Shown here: piece by piece, positions 31,428 through 47,100 of the stretch
How the letters are laid out: each line of letters opens with the position of its first letter
How positions within the stretch are numbered: the stretch's first letter is position 1
NCBI RefSeq assembly: GCF_009914755.1
Contig: NC_060934.1
Strand: one strand, 5' to 3'
Source of the DNA: the human T2T-CHM13v2.0 reference genome, Homo sapiens
DNA: 64,000 bases
The notes under the pieces: generated by a model
What the model was told of the DNA's origin: nothing
The model's database searches: none
What the model saw: only the letters and a program-made list of their open reading frames with translations
Program-made: the position numbers and the translations under genes

Positions 31428-31829
31428 AGTGTTGAGAATATTGAGAGATGGATATTGTAGCTGTACCTGCCATCAAAAGAATTTTCTTGACCTCCACATA
31501 GTGTGAAAAAGAAGACTGTTTACACATTATATTTTAAGTAATTATACACATAATTATTATCAGTACTCACCACTTCAAATATGAACAGTGAATCTAACCA
31601 GTGTTTGATTTCTCTGTGTGTGTATGTGTATACAAAGTTAGCAAACCTTTTATCTTAATATTTATTAAAAAACGAATTTTTGTTTCTTTAAAGAAAAGAC
31701 TACCTTAGAGAATATTGTTCTATAGTTTTTAAATATGGTCAGATCTATTTTAAATTATGTTAAAATTTTGAGTATTACGTTTATCTATACTTTTAAGCAT
31801 ATATACATTGTTTCATTTTAGATTTTAGG

Positions 31830-32065
31830 GAGGCAGTGTGGGCTCTGGAGCCAGACTGCTTGTTTTGTAATCCTGGATCTTCCATTTAGTAGCTGGATGA
31901 CTTTGAGTAGGTTATTTAGATTTTCTCAATCTATTTTATCTGTAAAATGGGGATGATAATGGAACCTACCGCATACGTTTATCTTGAATAGTAAGTGAGA
32001 TAATAATAAGTAATTTCATTTAGCATAGTACCTGCCACATTGTAAATACTTAAATGGTAGCTACT
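31830..32065. mobile_element. MIR SINE
   Basis: GGGCTCTGGAGCCAGACTGC...ATCTGTAAAATGGGGATGATAAT...GTAAATACTTAAATGGTAGCTA. Confidence 0.75.
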
Positions 32066-33393
32066 GCTCTGAAAAACTGTAATTTCAGGTTATGTATGTA
32101 GGGAAATTATTTGTATTTTCATTTATGGTGTATGATTGTAACTGAATTTCCTCAGTTTGGGCCATGTTAGGATTTTGTTTCAAGTTATAAGTGTTTTTAA
32201 AAATAAGGGTATTCCTTTAGGAAGTCTGGGTATGACATGTCTGTGATTTTGCTGGTTCATCACAAATGGGAAATAAATCTCTGCTAACTCAAACTGTTGA
32301 CCAAAGTAAAATTAATTATGCCAATCAAAAACTATTTGCTTTAAAATATAAAAGGCAAAAACTTCCTATTAGCATAATGAAGTAGAATTTTTAAACTTTG
32401 TTATAATCTTAAATTTTCTTTAGTGTTGAAGATAGGTCAACTTAACTATCATACATTTTTATTCACATAAAGTAAACTCTGCCTCAAATGTAATAAACTT
32501 AATATGAGTTATGTAAACTTTGGTCAATAGAGGTATATTTTTTAGCATTTCCTTTTGAAAATTTCAGCCTTTTGAGGGAGTCTTGCAACTGAATGTCAAG
32601 TTACATTTATTACAATAAAATGGACACTTAATATAATCTGTAATGCATTAACATAATATGGGAACTTTTAAAGTATTCAGTCTCTGTATTATTGAGTCCT
32701 ATTTCCACATTTGGCCAGGATTCTCAATATGATTTAGGCCCAAGACGTGGGAAGAAAGAAGTAAAGAACTAAAGGATTTTTTTCTTCATTTTTTTAATTG
32801 AATATGGGGAAAGATGGAATAAGCTTATCTGTCCAGTAAAGGCCATTATGTGTACATAGGGATTATTATTTTTCCCCCCCTTGGGCTGTACTGATTTCCC
32901 AGATGTACCACAGCACTCTTAGTAGTGAAGCACTTGACTTCTAGTGAGTGGATTTTTTGTGTGTGTGTTTTATATTGCAGAGTGAATACACTCTGTCTGA
33001 TACTATGTGACTTTCTGATTATGTGATTTTTATGCATTTTATGTGTTTTGTAAACTAGCTGTATTTTTGGTCCATGTCTAGGTTGTAGAATTGAATTGTG
33101 CATTTTGGCATCTGAGCACAGCTGAGTTTTCTAAATCAATCTCTCTCCTTGCACCTAGTTTTTGCTTTAGATCACTACCTAAGACTTACTGTTGATTTAA
33201 TATTAGAGCACTTAAGCATAGCTTTGACTTTTATTTCCTTTGATTTTTGTAGATTTTCAGGCTGAAGTACAATAAGGTTCTCTGTTCTTTACTAGTAATT
33301 GCAAAGATTGTATTCTGTGAATTTTATTTGTTTAATACTTTTGATCTTTTGAAGAGGATGTAATTATTTAAGGTATTATGAAATGCATTGTGA

Positions 33394-33703
<310 letters not shown>

Positions 33704-34482
33704 TCAGATACTCTTTTAATTAGATGCGTTTAAAAATTTAACCCACCATTGCTGGCATGAATAGATGTATTTTTAGAGTGATTCATAAATATCGTATACA
33801 TGTTTAAAGTTACAAACTTTTTGCTTATTTCAAAATGCAGGATTCTTTTCCATTTAAAATTCCCTCTCTTTGTGAGACTTCTTTTTGAGTATTCTGGTTA
33901 CTCTAAACTGATTGGAGATGAAATTAGATAGAATTGAAAACTGTACTTTTAAAATGAAATTTTGGGGATGTCATTAAGCTTGATTTTTTAGGTTTTTTTT
34001 TTAGTGTGTATTATAAATTATTTTACACTGATTGTCAGCGATAAAATGGAATGCCTGGGATTTTTTAAAATTTATTTTATTCATTTTTATAAGGTAAAAA
34101 CAGTGTTTTGCTAGGCTTAATTTGACCATGTTGTAAAATTTATTGTATACCTTGAAAGAATCATTTATGAAAGATACTGAATTAGCTAATATATACTCTG
34201 TCTTATGTAGTTTTTGATTAACAATACACTTTTTAAATCATTAGCTCATTTGATTTTGCAAAGAAGAACAGGTAACCTAAGAGGCAGACAGAACAGGCAT
34301 TACTTTTATTTTTCTTTCTTTTTTATTTTATTTATTTATTTATTTATTTATTTTTTGCAGCTTAGGAATTGTAGCTCCAGTGGAATCAGTATCTTGTTAA
34401 TGGCTAGTGAAAGACTGAGTCTGAAGAAGGATGCAGGACTTTTTTGGCACTTGGTGCAGTATTTTTCCCATTATGTTACATG

Positions 34483-34667
34483 AGTGGTTCTTAAACTTCA
34501 GTGTGTTAGAACAACCTGAAGGGCTTATTAAGCTATGGATTGCTTACTCCACCCTCAGAGTTTCTGATTCAGTAGGTCTGGATTGGGACCTGAGAATTTT
34601 TATTTCTTAGAAGTTTTCAAGTGATGCTGATGCTGGTGCTCTGGGGATCACACTTTGAGGACCACCA
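34483..34667. mobile_element. MER5A-like hAT MITE
   Basis: AGTGGTTCTTAAACTT...CAGAGTTTCTGATTCAGTAGGTCTGG...CACACTTTGAGGACCAC. Confidence 0.8.
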
Positions 34668-34895
34668 ATGAACATTATCTCCCACCAAGCAAACCCTTAA
34701 CATGTTATACTCCTTTAGGTTATTAGAATTTATACATGCATTATTTCATTTGACCTGTAAACTCTAAGTAACTTTGCATGGAAAATGTTATCCTGATTTT
34801 ATAGACGAGATAGTGAGTTTAGAAAGGCAGTATGGTGGAATGGAGCATAGATTTGGAGTTGGCTAGACCTAAAGTCCAGATTAAATCTCTGCTCA

Positions 34896-35288
<393 letters not shown>

Positions 35289-35347
35289 CTAAACTTGTAC
35301 AGTGGTTTTTTAGTTTTGTTAAAAGTACAGGTGAGGTTTTTTTCAGA

Positions 35348-35548
35348 GTATTGGTTGCCATCTGAGAGTGATCCCCTTTCACCTCCTCTAGGACTTTTAG
35401 CATTTTCTGGAGACATTTTGGTGGTCACAGCTGGGGTGGTAGAGTGTGCTATTGGCTAGGGGCTTGAAGCCAGTGATGCTGCTTAACATCCTATATGGCA
35501 CAAGACCCCTCCCCATCAACAAAGAATTATCTAGCCCAAAATGCTGTG
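35348..35548. mobile_element. MER20-like hAT MITE
   Basis: TCTGGAGACATTTTGGTGGTCACAGCTGGGG...ACAAAGAATTATCTAGCCCAAAATG. Confidence 0.75.
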
Positions 35549-38500
35549 TAAAATGTCTGGTATATAATAAGTATAATATTTGATGAAAATCAGTACCTTT
35601 GCCCCCAGGTGTGATATTTAAGAAGGTCAACTTACTAAATCAGTGATGGAGTTAGTCCTAACATCTGGGTGTTCTGACTGCTGCTAGGCCAGTATTCTTT
35701 ATATGATAATAAGAACTTTGTCCACAGAAGATATCCCTAATAACAAAAAAGGTTTATTTGAAGAGGACTCATGTGTTCTTTGGCTGATTGTGAAAGTGTT
35801 GCTTTGAACTTCTGTTAGAAAAGGTTGAAGATGTTTTCCGTAAGTGTTTTTAATACTGTACGTAGTATTCAGAAGGATGTTTAATTTTTTTTTTAATTTT
35901 GCTAGTAGTTTTTAAAGTAATCCTTTTTCCTTTAATTATGTAGTTGTTGAACTGTTGGGAGTTACTTTTCTCTTACTATTTTGTTATTTAATGTATTCTT
36001 TGACCTTATGCTTTTTTATTCTAAAGCTGCTTTTATTATAGTCAGATATGATGAAGTTAAATGTACAATGTAAAATTGCAAATTTCCAACGAGCTATACA
36101 AACTTAAATATTTCTAAGTAAAGAAAATAGGGCTGACTCTAAGGTTCTTTGATCCATGTGTTGCATTCTTTTCTAGGCCCTAAATTTGCTATGCCAGCCT
36201 GTTGAATTAAAGTGCTTTATTTATCTAAATTAGAAACTTGTATTAAAGTGAAGTTTTAGAAAAAAAGAAACAAAATCGGAATGGAGTTTTAGGTTAGCCC
36301 AGAGATGGGAAGATGCCAAGAAGGTAGCTTTAGTGGATTCTGAATTTTTTGGTTTTGTTTTGTTTTTAGGGCAGGCAAATGTAATTACAAAAGGGTTCTA
36401 GGAATAGATTGCTGTGATTTTTTTTCTGTTTGCATGATTTTACAGTTTGCTTTGCCTCTCACTTTTGAATGCAGAATAAAATGTCAAGGCCTTATTTTTT
36501 TTTAAATTCTTAAGAAATTTAAGATTTGACTGTTAATTCCTTTTGAAATATGGGATATTTTGAGATACCAATTATTTAAGACAAATAGGACTCATTGTTA
36601 CAATTCAGTTGAATAAGGCTTATGATGTTTATTTCAGTATATGAATGAAAACTATGTGCTTATTGTACTTAAGAAAATTTCTTTTATTAAAAACATGACT
36701 AAAGAGAATTTTAAAAATCACCCACTGTCCTACTTCTCTAAAACTTAATGTTTTCATATTAGCTTCCAGTTTTGTTCATATGCATATACTTTAAAACCTA
36801 GTTCATGGTGAACTTAAGAGGGTGTTCTTTTTAAAAAACAATTTCCATTGCACTTTGTCGTTGCCTTAATTAAATGGTGAAATCATCAGAAATATTTATT
36901 TTCCTATACTTATACATTTATTAAGCTTGTTTCCATTTTTTTATTTTGTGATTTTTTAAGTGGATTTAAGATAACCTAAACATTAGAGAGGATTTTCATG
37001 GTTTTGATTCATGAAATCATAATGTTATACAAACCTAACTGAAGTGTTAGAGCCTTGAAGATTTTTCCCCCGAATTACATATAGTAACTCTACTTGTATT
37101 TAATACTGAAAGCATATTTTACTTATTTAAGTGAGACAAAGTAAAATTTAGCTGAATACTTTAGATCTATCATTTCCTTTTCCTGTTGTAAGAACATTAC
37201 ATTGTGTTGAAATTAAAGTGGATATAGAAGGTAATTAGAATAAACTGCCACATCATTTTTATAGTAAAGTGGTAATAACACTATTGCTTTCTGTTTTTTT
37301 AATCAGAAGGAGTATGGGCTTATAATGATGTTACTGTTCCCTGAAGCATATTTTGAATGATACGGTTTATATTTGCACAGTTGCCCAGGTAATCATTGTG
37401 ATATTAATTGATCAATTTGCTATTTATTTGCGTTTTAAATCAGTACTAGTATTTGTGCTTAAAAATTTTGCATATGTTTTATCAGATTTAATTTTTAAGT
37501 GTCAGATACTAAAACAAATAACCTTAACTTTATTAAATTATAATTTTTTATCATGAGGTGGTATTCATTTATTCATATAGTTAGAACAAAAAATATTTAA
37601 AATATTGAGGTAGAAACAAATTAGTCTCTTTTTAATTAAAAGCCAGATTACTTGTTAGAGTAACATTTTCCCAAATGAGGTAAAATTGTTGCGACTGTTA
37701 AACTTAAGGAAATTTTGATCTAGGTGTGGTATATACCTTCTTGTGGGGTGCTAATGAAAACAGGGATGGCAAAAATATTTTGTTTGTGAGTGTATGCATT
37801 TATGCTTTTTGACAACCTAAGAAACACTCTTACATCTGAGTATCTTTCATGGACTAGCTGTAGGAAATCTATATAAAATAGCTTAGTATACTGAAAGTAT
37901 GACATAGTTTTACATATCTAGATTGTGGTTGTGATTATATATAATACTATAAAATATGCTAACGTGCTGCTTAATAATACTATTTGGATTTTTTTTAATA
38001 CTGAAAAGGTCACACAGATTGTGATTATTGTGTAGTGTCCAAGAACTAAGGCCTACCATCTGTTACTCAAATGTATGAAAAAGTTAAGATAATTTAGTGA
38101 TATAAGTGGTTTTGACACCACTGTTTTTGGAATAATCTAATTATGATTTTTATAAAGACTAATATCAAATTTTAAACGTTTGCAAAAATGAAACCTAATA
38201 GTTATACTGTTATTTATATTTTTCTATTACAATACAGATACTGGCTGAGAACTAAAGATTGTGTAATAAACGCCTGGCCTTCAGTCATTTGGTTTTTTTT
38301 TTCCCTCGATTGTTTGGATAGTTAACTGGACATCATGTTTTAACTTGAGAAATTAAGTTATACAAGATTTTGATATTTTAAACTAGTTTTCCTAACTGGT
38401 TGAGATATATAAGAATTTAGTATTACAGGACTCAATCAGGGAACTGATTTAATAAGAATTTCTTAAAAATTTGTTTAAATATTTTTCAAGTTCTTTTCTT

Positions 38501-39914
38501 CATCTTCTACAACTTAATTCTTGTCTGTATGCAAATGAGCTTCCCCATTTAAAATTTTGCTGTTGCATTTTAGGCCACTATAGAAGTTGTTTCTTTAATT
38601 TTCACTCACAAGAATTTGGTCTTACCAAATTGTGTAAATCTTTAAAATTGTGTATTTGGCTTAATATTATAGAATCTGATTGATTTAATCTACCTTGTTT
38701 CATTTAGTATGTTGACATTTTCTTGAGAAATTTGTTATGCCAAATGATTAACATAATAATATTTTAAGTTTAGATATGATTTTGAATTTACATTTTCAAA
38801 TGCAACTTTGTGTCTGTGGCCTTTTTTTTTTTTTTTTTTTTACGAGAAACATCTTGCCAATTTTCAGATTAATCTGTGAGGAAAGTAGATTGGTTTACTA
38901 GACTCAGTTTGTAGACTTTGGTGAGAACTGAATTGGAGGCTATGAAAAAAATACCTTTTGGGCCTTTCTGAATAGACATATATACATAAATTATATCTCT
39001 TACATTAAGTGAGGCACATATGTAGGTGAGATTTTTACCTGAATATTAAAAGTTTAAAAGTCGTTACCTATTCTGTTTACTTAATAGTATTTAAAGGGTG
39101 TGAGAGGTGTTATGTGTTTCTGTCCCTTGTTTTTATTCCTATCCCTCCCATCTAACTGTTGGTACTCTTATCTTCCCAGGTATTAAACTTGTATGTTTTA
39201 AAAGCTTATTTACTTGTTGAAATGGTTAACTTAATTAGTTTTTTCTTTGAAGTTTCAGCCTAAATATTTTCTGTTTTTTTATATGTCCTTTAAATATGAA
39301 AATTCTACAGCTAATCATAATTAGTAATTGTACTTTTTCCCCTATTACAATAACTGGTTTCATAATAAAATGGTATCCCTTCAATAACAAGCATTTATAG
39401 TAGTTTATTAAAACTAAGGGTGTTATCTATTCAAACCAAGCAATGCAGACTTACTGTTGACTCTGTTAATATATTTTAAAATTGCATATTACTAAAATTT
39501 AAAATATGATTTTGACTAGTATTTTGGTGTATGTTATTTTAGATATTTTGATTATGCACTACTTAAGAATGAATTGTCAAGTATGATTATAAAGTTGATA
39601 TAATAGTTAACCTTCAGTGGGAATAGGAATCATTTAATATTGTTAGATATTTGTATTATTAGAACAATCTCCTATGATTCTTACTAATATAGTAATGAAT
39701 GACAGACAATATGTTGGCTTTCATATTTAAAAATTCACATGCATTTCTAGTTTATGTTTTTCTTCGACTAAAATTCTGCAGCACTTAGGCAAAGCTATTT
39801 TTACCAGTTGGAAAAAAAGTAAGTCATTTCCAACCAATTTTCCTGGCTTGTAGTATAGAATAAAGAGACTTGATTTTATTACATTAAAGCCAAATATAAA
39901 ATGATGCAATCTAG

Positions 39915-40252
<338 letters not shown>

Positions 40253-41006
40253 AGGTAAATTTTGATTGTTATTAGCAACTATAAAAGTTTTGCAGTTGGC
40301 TTATTGGAAAAAGAAAACCTCCTTGCCGGAGACGGAGACGCATTTGTATTAGAACTTTGTTTTCTGAGTACCTTACCTATAGTAGGTTTCAAATATTGGT
40401 GAATTAGTTGATGGTTAGGTCTGCATAATTACTGCGTATGGAAATTCTGGAACCCTATTTTTTCAAAATGCAGCTAATGTTGAGAGAATATGCACTAAAT
40501 ATTACTAGATCTTTGTTTTTCAAGATGCTGATATCCCTTAACATCTTCTGCACTTTACCTGTTTGAATATCTTTTTTGCTGTAAAAATTAGTGGCCTTAT
40601 GTCTTTCTGCATAATTATAGAGTAGCCAAAACCTGTTTTAGGTTAATCACCTCTGGCAAAATAAATGATAAAAGCATAGCTTTTGTAAGCAGAATGATAT
40701 TACAGAAGTTAACTTATAAATCTAAGTGTATTAAAGACACTTAGGAAATTTATGATAATGCTGGGTCAGCATTACAGTTTTAACTTTTTACAGTTTTTCA
40801 TATGCTTTTTTTGTGATTTTGCTGTAGAAAATTAACAGTTGGCATTTGGCTTAGTTCAAGTATAATGCTGTTGACAAGTATATCTGACACGTCATTGAAC
40901 TAATAATATTTTTGAAAGCTGATAGGTAAGTTATATCTATTTTGTTTCATTCGTCATTAGTGATCGGTCTTAGATGTTTTTAGCGAGAGCAAAACTGTAG
41001 AGGAAT

Positions 41007-41013
41007 GTGTGTC

Positions 41014-41044
<31 letters not shown>

Positions 41045-41045
41045 A
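41007..41045. repeat. Interrupted (TG)n microsatellite
   Basis: TG run interrupted by TC and TATA. Confidence 0.85.
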
Positions 41046-41214
41046 TTTTAACAGCAGGAGAGTTCTGAAACAGGAAACCAGTCTTATCATATTCATCCAG
41101 AGACCTAGGAAGAAGGTAATTGTTTGGTATACTCGTTAAAACCAGTTGGTTGGGCAACTTAAATTTTTAGAGGATCACAGATGTAGGCTTGAGCAGTTGT
41201 AGATAGATGATTTC

Positions 41215-41527
41215 TTTTTTTTTCTTTCTTTTTTCTTTTTTTTTTGAGATAGAGTCTCTCTCTGTCATCCAGGCTGGAGTGCGGTGGCGCGATCTTGGCT
41301 TACTGCAACCTCTGCCTCCCAGGTTCAGGCGTTTCTCCTGTCTCAGCCTCCTGAGTAGCTGGGATTACAGGCGCATGCTGCCATGCCCGGCTAATTTTTT
41401 GTATTTTAGTAGAGACGGGGTTTCACCGTGTTCCCCAGGCTGGTCTCGAACTCCTGAGCTCAGGCAATCTACCCACCTCGGCCTCCCAAAGTGCTGGGAT
41501 TACAGGCGTGAGCCACCGTGTCTGGCG
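41215..41527 (-). mobile_element. AluS-type SINE
   Basis: Antisense Alu. TSD GATAGATgATTTC / GATAGATtATTTC. Confidence 0.93.
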
Positions 41528-43131
41528 ATAGATTATTTCATAATTAACACCTGCTATGAAGAAAAATTGATTAAAATAGTTGAGAAGTCTAGTACACTCT
41601 CAGCTAATATACTAAATTATACTATGGATTTTAGAGTATTGTTAACATTATCAGTGACTTGATATCTTCCTGAGGTTCTAATTTGCTTAACTTTAAATAA
41701 TTGGGGTTCAGATCACCTTGATTGTTCCCTTAAAGATTAAATTTTGTAAAACTGTGTGTAATTTTCCTGTATCTGGTTTGGATAGCTTTAAAAATGGTTC
41801 TTAAGTTTAATGAGTTCAACTGGGAAAAAAGTTAGTTCTATTTTAGATGTTGTGTCACTGGAAATTATGTTTCCCTGTTTGTTATATGCACATTATTACA
41901 AAGTTGTAATCAATGTTTTCATACTGTTCTCTGGTCTGTTTTTTTCACAAATACACTTTTTATTTGTCGCCAGGTACTTATTTTTAAAGCTATAGAGGTA
42001 ATATTTCATCAGGTGAGGGTAACTACCATGGTTTGTTTGCTATACTGTGTTAGGGTTATTTTCGTTTTTTTTTTCTTTTATAAACTATAGTTGTGAATAT
42101 GTTTATGTAGTTTACTTTTGGTTTATTAGAATATATTGCTAGAGTGGGATTACAGGATTAAAGAGGGTACAGTATTTTAGTTTTTTTTTTTTTTTTACAA
42201 GTTGCAGATTTGTTGCCAAATGAACGAGTTTGTAGTATTGCTAACAAGGAGAAGAATTACTAGCAAGTCTTGATGTTACTTTTGAAGAGTGTGATGATTG
42301 CATTTAGGAAGATATCTAAACTTCTGTTTCAAAGCAAAAAGTATGTGCAAATTTCTTACTCATGACAAATTCATATAATATAAAAACATGAAAGTTGTGA
42401 GGTCAGGTTGTTTGGAGAAGTAGAAAACTTCAGTAGAGTTTATAGATAGGCAGTCTTCCTTTCTGGTTTGGCACTGACAGCAGATTAACTAGAAAGTGTT
42501 AGAAGGAACCTAAAATTTATACTAAAGTCAATTTAAGTTAATTAATATACCAGAATTCCTTCTTTTACAATTTATTTATAAAAACACCATATTGAGTTGC
42601 CTTGTAATGAGACATTTAAACTAAATTTAAATAACAGAATTCATGCACCATCTAATAACAACCCCTTATTTACAATTATAGAGTCCTTTGCAATTTTATA
42701 GATATTTTCATGTATCCCATTTGGTCCTTGAAACAATTAATGAAGAAGTTACAGCAAGTGGTATTATCATTATTTTACAGAAGAACAAAACAAAAATATA
42801 TGTGGCCCAGAGATTGAGTGATTTACCTGAGGTTATAGGCTTTAGATTGCATAGCTGGAAGTAGAACCTTGTTCTTCTATATTAAATGACAATATTCATT
42901 AAGTACTTAGCACAGGATTTGGTACCTAGTAAATATTTAAATGTTCCTGTGTTATTCCTGACTATTCCTTCTTTATTCTTAAAACGCCATTTTTTGAGCA
43001 CTCTTAATATTTATAGTTCAAACTTTGTACCTATGTACCTTTTTCTCTTTAGAAAATAAGATTTCAGGCTGCATTAATTTGATCTGTACAGGAATGATTA
43101 TATGTTTTACATATTGGGACAAATTGCTCTT

Positions 43132-44111
43132 TTTTTATATACCTTAAGCTCTAGGGTACATGTGCACAACATACAGATTTGTTACATATGTATACATGTG
43201 CCATGTTAGTGTGCTGCACCCATTAACTCATCACTTACATTAGGTATATCTCCTAATGCTATCCCTCCCCCCTCCCCATACCCCATGACAGGCCCTGGTG
43301 TGTGATGTTCCCCACCCTGTGTCCAAGTGTTCTCATTGTTCAGTTCCCACCTATGAGTGAGAACACGCGGTGTTTGGTTTTCTGTCCTTGCGATAGTTTG
43401 CTCAGAATGATGGTTTCTAGCTTCATCCATGTCCCTACCAAGGACATGAAGCTCATCCTTTTTTATGGCTGCATAGTATTCCATGGTGTCTATGTGTCAC
43501 ATTTTCTTAATCCAGTCTATCATTGATGGACATTTGGGTTGGTTCCAAGTCTTTGCTATTGTGAATAGTGCTGCAGTAAACATACATGTGCATGTGTCTT
43601 TATAGCAGCATGATTTATACTCCTTTGGGTATATACCCAGTAATGGGATTGCTGGGTCAAATGGTATTTCTAGTTCTAGATCACTGAGGAATTGCCACAC
43701 TGACTTGAACTAGTTTACAGTCCCACCAACAGTGTAAAAGTGTTCCTGTTTCTCCACATCCTCTCCAGCACCTGTTGTTTCCTGACTTTTTAATGATCAC
43801 TATTCTAACTGGTGTGAGATGGTATCTCATTGTGGTTTTGATTTGCATTTCTCTGATGGCCAGTGATGATGAGCATTTTTTCATGTGTCTGTTCGCTGCA
43901 TAAATGTATTCTTTTGAGTAGTGTCTGTTCATATCCTTCGCCCACTTTTTGATGGGGTTGTTTGATTTTTTCTTGGAAGTTTGTTTAAGTTCTTTGTAGA
44001 TTCTGGATATTAGCCCTTTGTCAGATGGGTAGATTGTAAAAGTTTTCTCCCATTCTCTAGGTTGCCTGTTCACTCTCATGGTAGTTTCTTTTGCTGTGCA
44101 GAAGCTCTTTA
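43132..44111 (-). mobile_element. 5'-truncated L1PA (~1 kb of 3' end)
   Basis: ORF2 C-terminal peptides ([21 protein letters not shown]) and 3' UTR. TSD GGACAAATTGcTCTT (43117) / GGACAAATTGtTCTT (44112). Confidence 0.95.
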
Positions 44112-47100
44112 GGACAAATTGTTCTTAAATAATGAACAGTTGGCACTTTTTCAACTGGAAAATTCAAGGAACTGCTCTTTCTGCTTTCTGCTCAATATGA
44201 ATCTTCAATTTAGAAATGAGAGTCCATCATTAACAATTCAACATAGCTTATTAATAGGAAAAAAAAACCTAGTAACAAATGTAAAATCTTTGATTAAATG
44301 AGAAAGTCATAGAAGTTCATCAGATTTGTATTTAAAGCATGATTTCATTAGAAAAGTTGATAATAAGGATTTAACTGTGACATAATTGGAAAATACTTGT
44401 TTAAACTTAAAATTTTGAAAAGAAATGTAAATGTGATGTAACTTATGAATCAGTGGTTGAGTTTCTTTTTTGCTCACAAGAACCCTAACTGTGTGTTACT
44501 TGAAAGCACTGATGGAAATCAGGGAAAAAGCTCCAGAAGTTCCTACGAAATAAAATTAAATGATAAAGTCCTGGTATCTGCTAACTTGCCTTCCATTCCT
44601 GTTATCTTTTCTTCTTAGTCTGACTTCATTAATTCTTTCACCCTGGCTACTGGTTTAGCTCAGTGTTTTATGAGCCAGGCAGCTTCAGACTTTGCTTTTG
44701 ATGCTCTTTGTTCATTACCTCTAAAGCTGTATTATCACTTTCATTTTATCATTAATGTTTCATGTATATGTTATAGTTTCATATTGTTACTGCAACTTTT
44801 ACTTAGCTATAATTTAAAAAATATCTGTGATCTGTGGAAATAATTATTCTATGGCAGAAAAGTAGTTATTGCATTTTACTTTATAAGTTGTTTAAGGATA
44901 AGCATACCTATATATTAAGCACTACAAAGAAACTTTTACAATGGCTTTATTTTTAGCAAACCATCATAGTTAAAATAAGATTTAGTGTACATGTCAGGAA
45001 CACAGTCTTATGAAATAAGGTTTAGGGAGCTATTTTTAGTTACTATATCCTACTTGAAAATTGTAGTTAAATTTCTAGCATATACCCTATTAATTTAGAT
45101 GCAAGTACAGATTTGAGATAAGGTAGATACATTATTTGGATGTCAACTCGGAAGTTGTTCAAGAAAAGATATTTTGTTATTTAGATGTAACTTGGAACAT
45201 ATTTCTAGTGTTTCAAGTCATGATTGTATGCCTAGAACAGGCAATAAAAATTTACTTAGCTGGTAAAACAGCCACATTATTTCAAATATAGTTTAGTTAT
45301 ATTATGGATTAAATTGATTTTTGTGGACAGACTTTAGAACTTAATTGCTATTAATTACATTTTTTCTTTGGGACGGTATTTGTTCTTTGGTGAGAAAGGA
45401 TTCTTGTAACACCTAAATCAAGACTGTCCAAACATGGCATATGCAGTTTACCAGTCAAAACAAACTAATCACTTAAGATCTGTGTATTTTGTTTTATTTG
45501 AATTATACCTCAATTAAAACAAATTTAGCATGTTTACACAAAGGTGGGGGGAAACTGTCTAATATATCTGAGATCTGTTGGAGCTGGGGTGACCATCCAA
45601 CTTAGGCAAGATAGCTAGTACCATGTATGCATTTCTTTTACCTTTCTTATTGTATATACAGTAATCACTGATATTATGAGAAAAAGAACTTTTTAATAAT
45701 TCAGGAGATATTTTATCGCTAGTATATATTGAGTGCTTATTATGTGCCTTATATACTTTGGACTCATTTAATCCTCAACACAACAACCCTATGTAGTTCA
45801 TACTAGAATTATTCCCATTTAAAGATGGGGAAAGTGATGTTTAGAGAGGCTAAGTGACTTGCCCATGGCCAAAGTATTAGAACTGGGATTTGAACACAGG
45901 TAGCCTGATTCCTAAATAAATGACCACTAACATTAAAAAGACATAAACATAGAGGTGTTTGTTGCAATGTTAGTCATAATACCTAAAAATTGTGAACTAG
46001 TTAAATGTCCAATAGTAGTAAAATGGTTCATTAACCATGGTACACCCATCAATATAATGTTATATTGTCATTTAAAATTGTATTCCCAAGTTTCGTATCA
46101 GGAAAATATAATAAATTTTTGAAAAATGTAATGGGATATATTGTATTTATAATACAGTAATCACTATGTAACCAACATTTTTATTTCCATCAAAAATTAG
46201 TTATAAAGAAATAGAAATCTAAGAAGTTTAATAGATATTACCATTGAACACTAGATTTGTATTAGTATCTTTTATATTTATCTCTCTCATTTCCTATATT
46301 GGCCATGTTTACTTTTAAAATAGTAAAAGTCATAAGCTCTATTTTAAAAATAAATGTTAGTTTATTAACCCAAGAATAATAGCTAACTATAAATTCATAT
46401 TTGATAAAATAAAAAGATGACATTCATCATAAGGGATACATACCTGTGCTAGCATATGGCATTTTTAAAATCACATGAGTAATTTGTAATCATCATAGAA
46501 ATATTAGAAAATACAAATAAGCAAACACATACTGAAAATTTAGTGTTCCCAAATCTAAAACAGAGACACTGTTTTTTTCTTTTGGGATTGTATTTTAGAT
46601 ATGTTCTTAAGTTATAATAAAGTAAATACTTAAAAGGCAAATTGATACATTAAGGATTTCAAAGAGTAAAACTTTTTGTTAAGCTTTGATGTTCTTTAGA
46701 AAGTTTAGATTATTCCACAAGTCACTGTCGTTGAAAGAAAAGTAGTTACAGTGGGGTCTTATGGGATAAGGCATTACCATTTGTTCAGTTGAGAGACAGC
46801 TATCACTATGTTTTAAGCATTGTTCATATATTAGCTCATTTAATCCTCATAGCAACCTTATATGATAGGTACCTTTATTAGCCCCATTCTGCTTAGGAAG
46901 CAACAGAAAGAGTATGTATTTTGCCTAAGGTTGCACAATAAGTTAAGCTGGGGTTCCAATTCTAGCAAGTTGGTTCTAGAGTGTATGTTATTAACCATTA
47001 TGCCGTAGTGCCTGCAAGTAGATCTCTAGATGTCAGAAATACTCATCTTCCTCTGGTTACCTGGTTGTTATAAATCTTTATGCTTAATACTTATGTCATT

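Noticed and set aside
42280-42340. TGATGA box-C-like motif suggesting an intronic snoRNA
   Set aside because: No properly placed CTGA box D with a terminal stem, and no recognisable guide.
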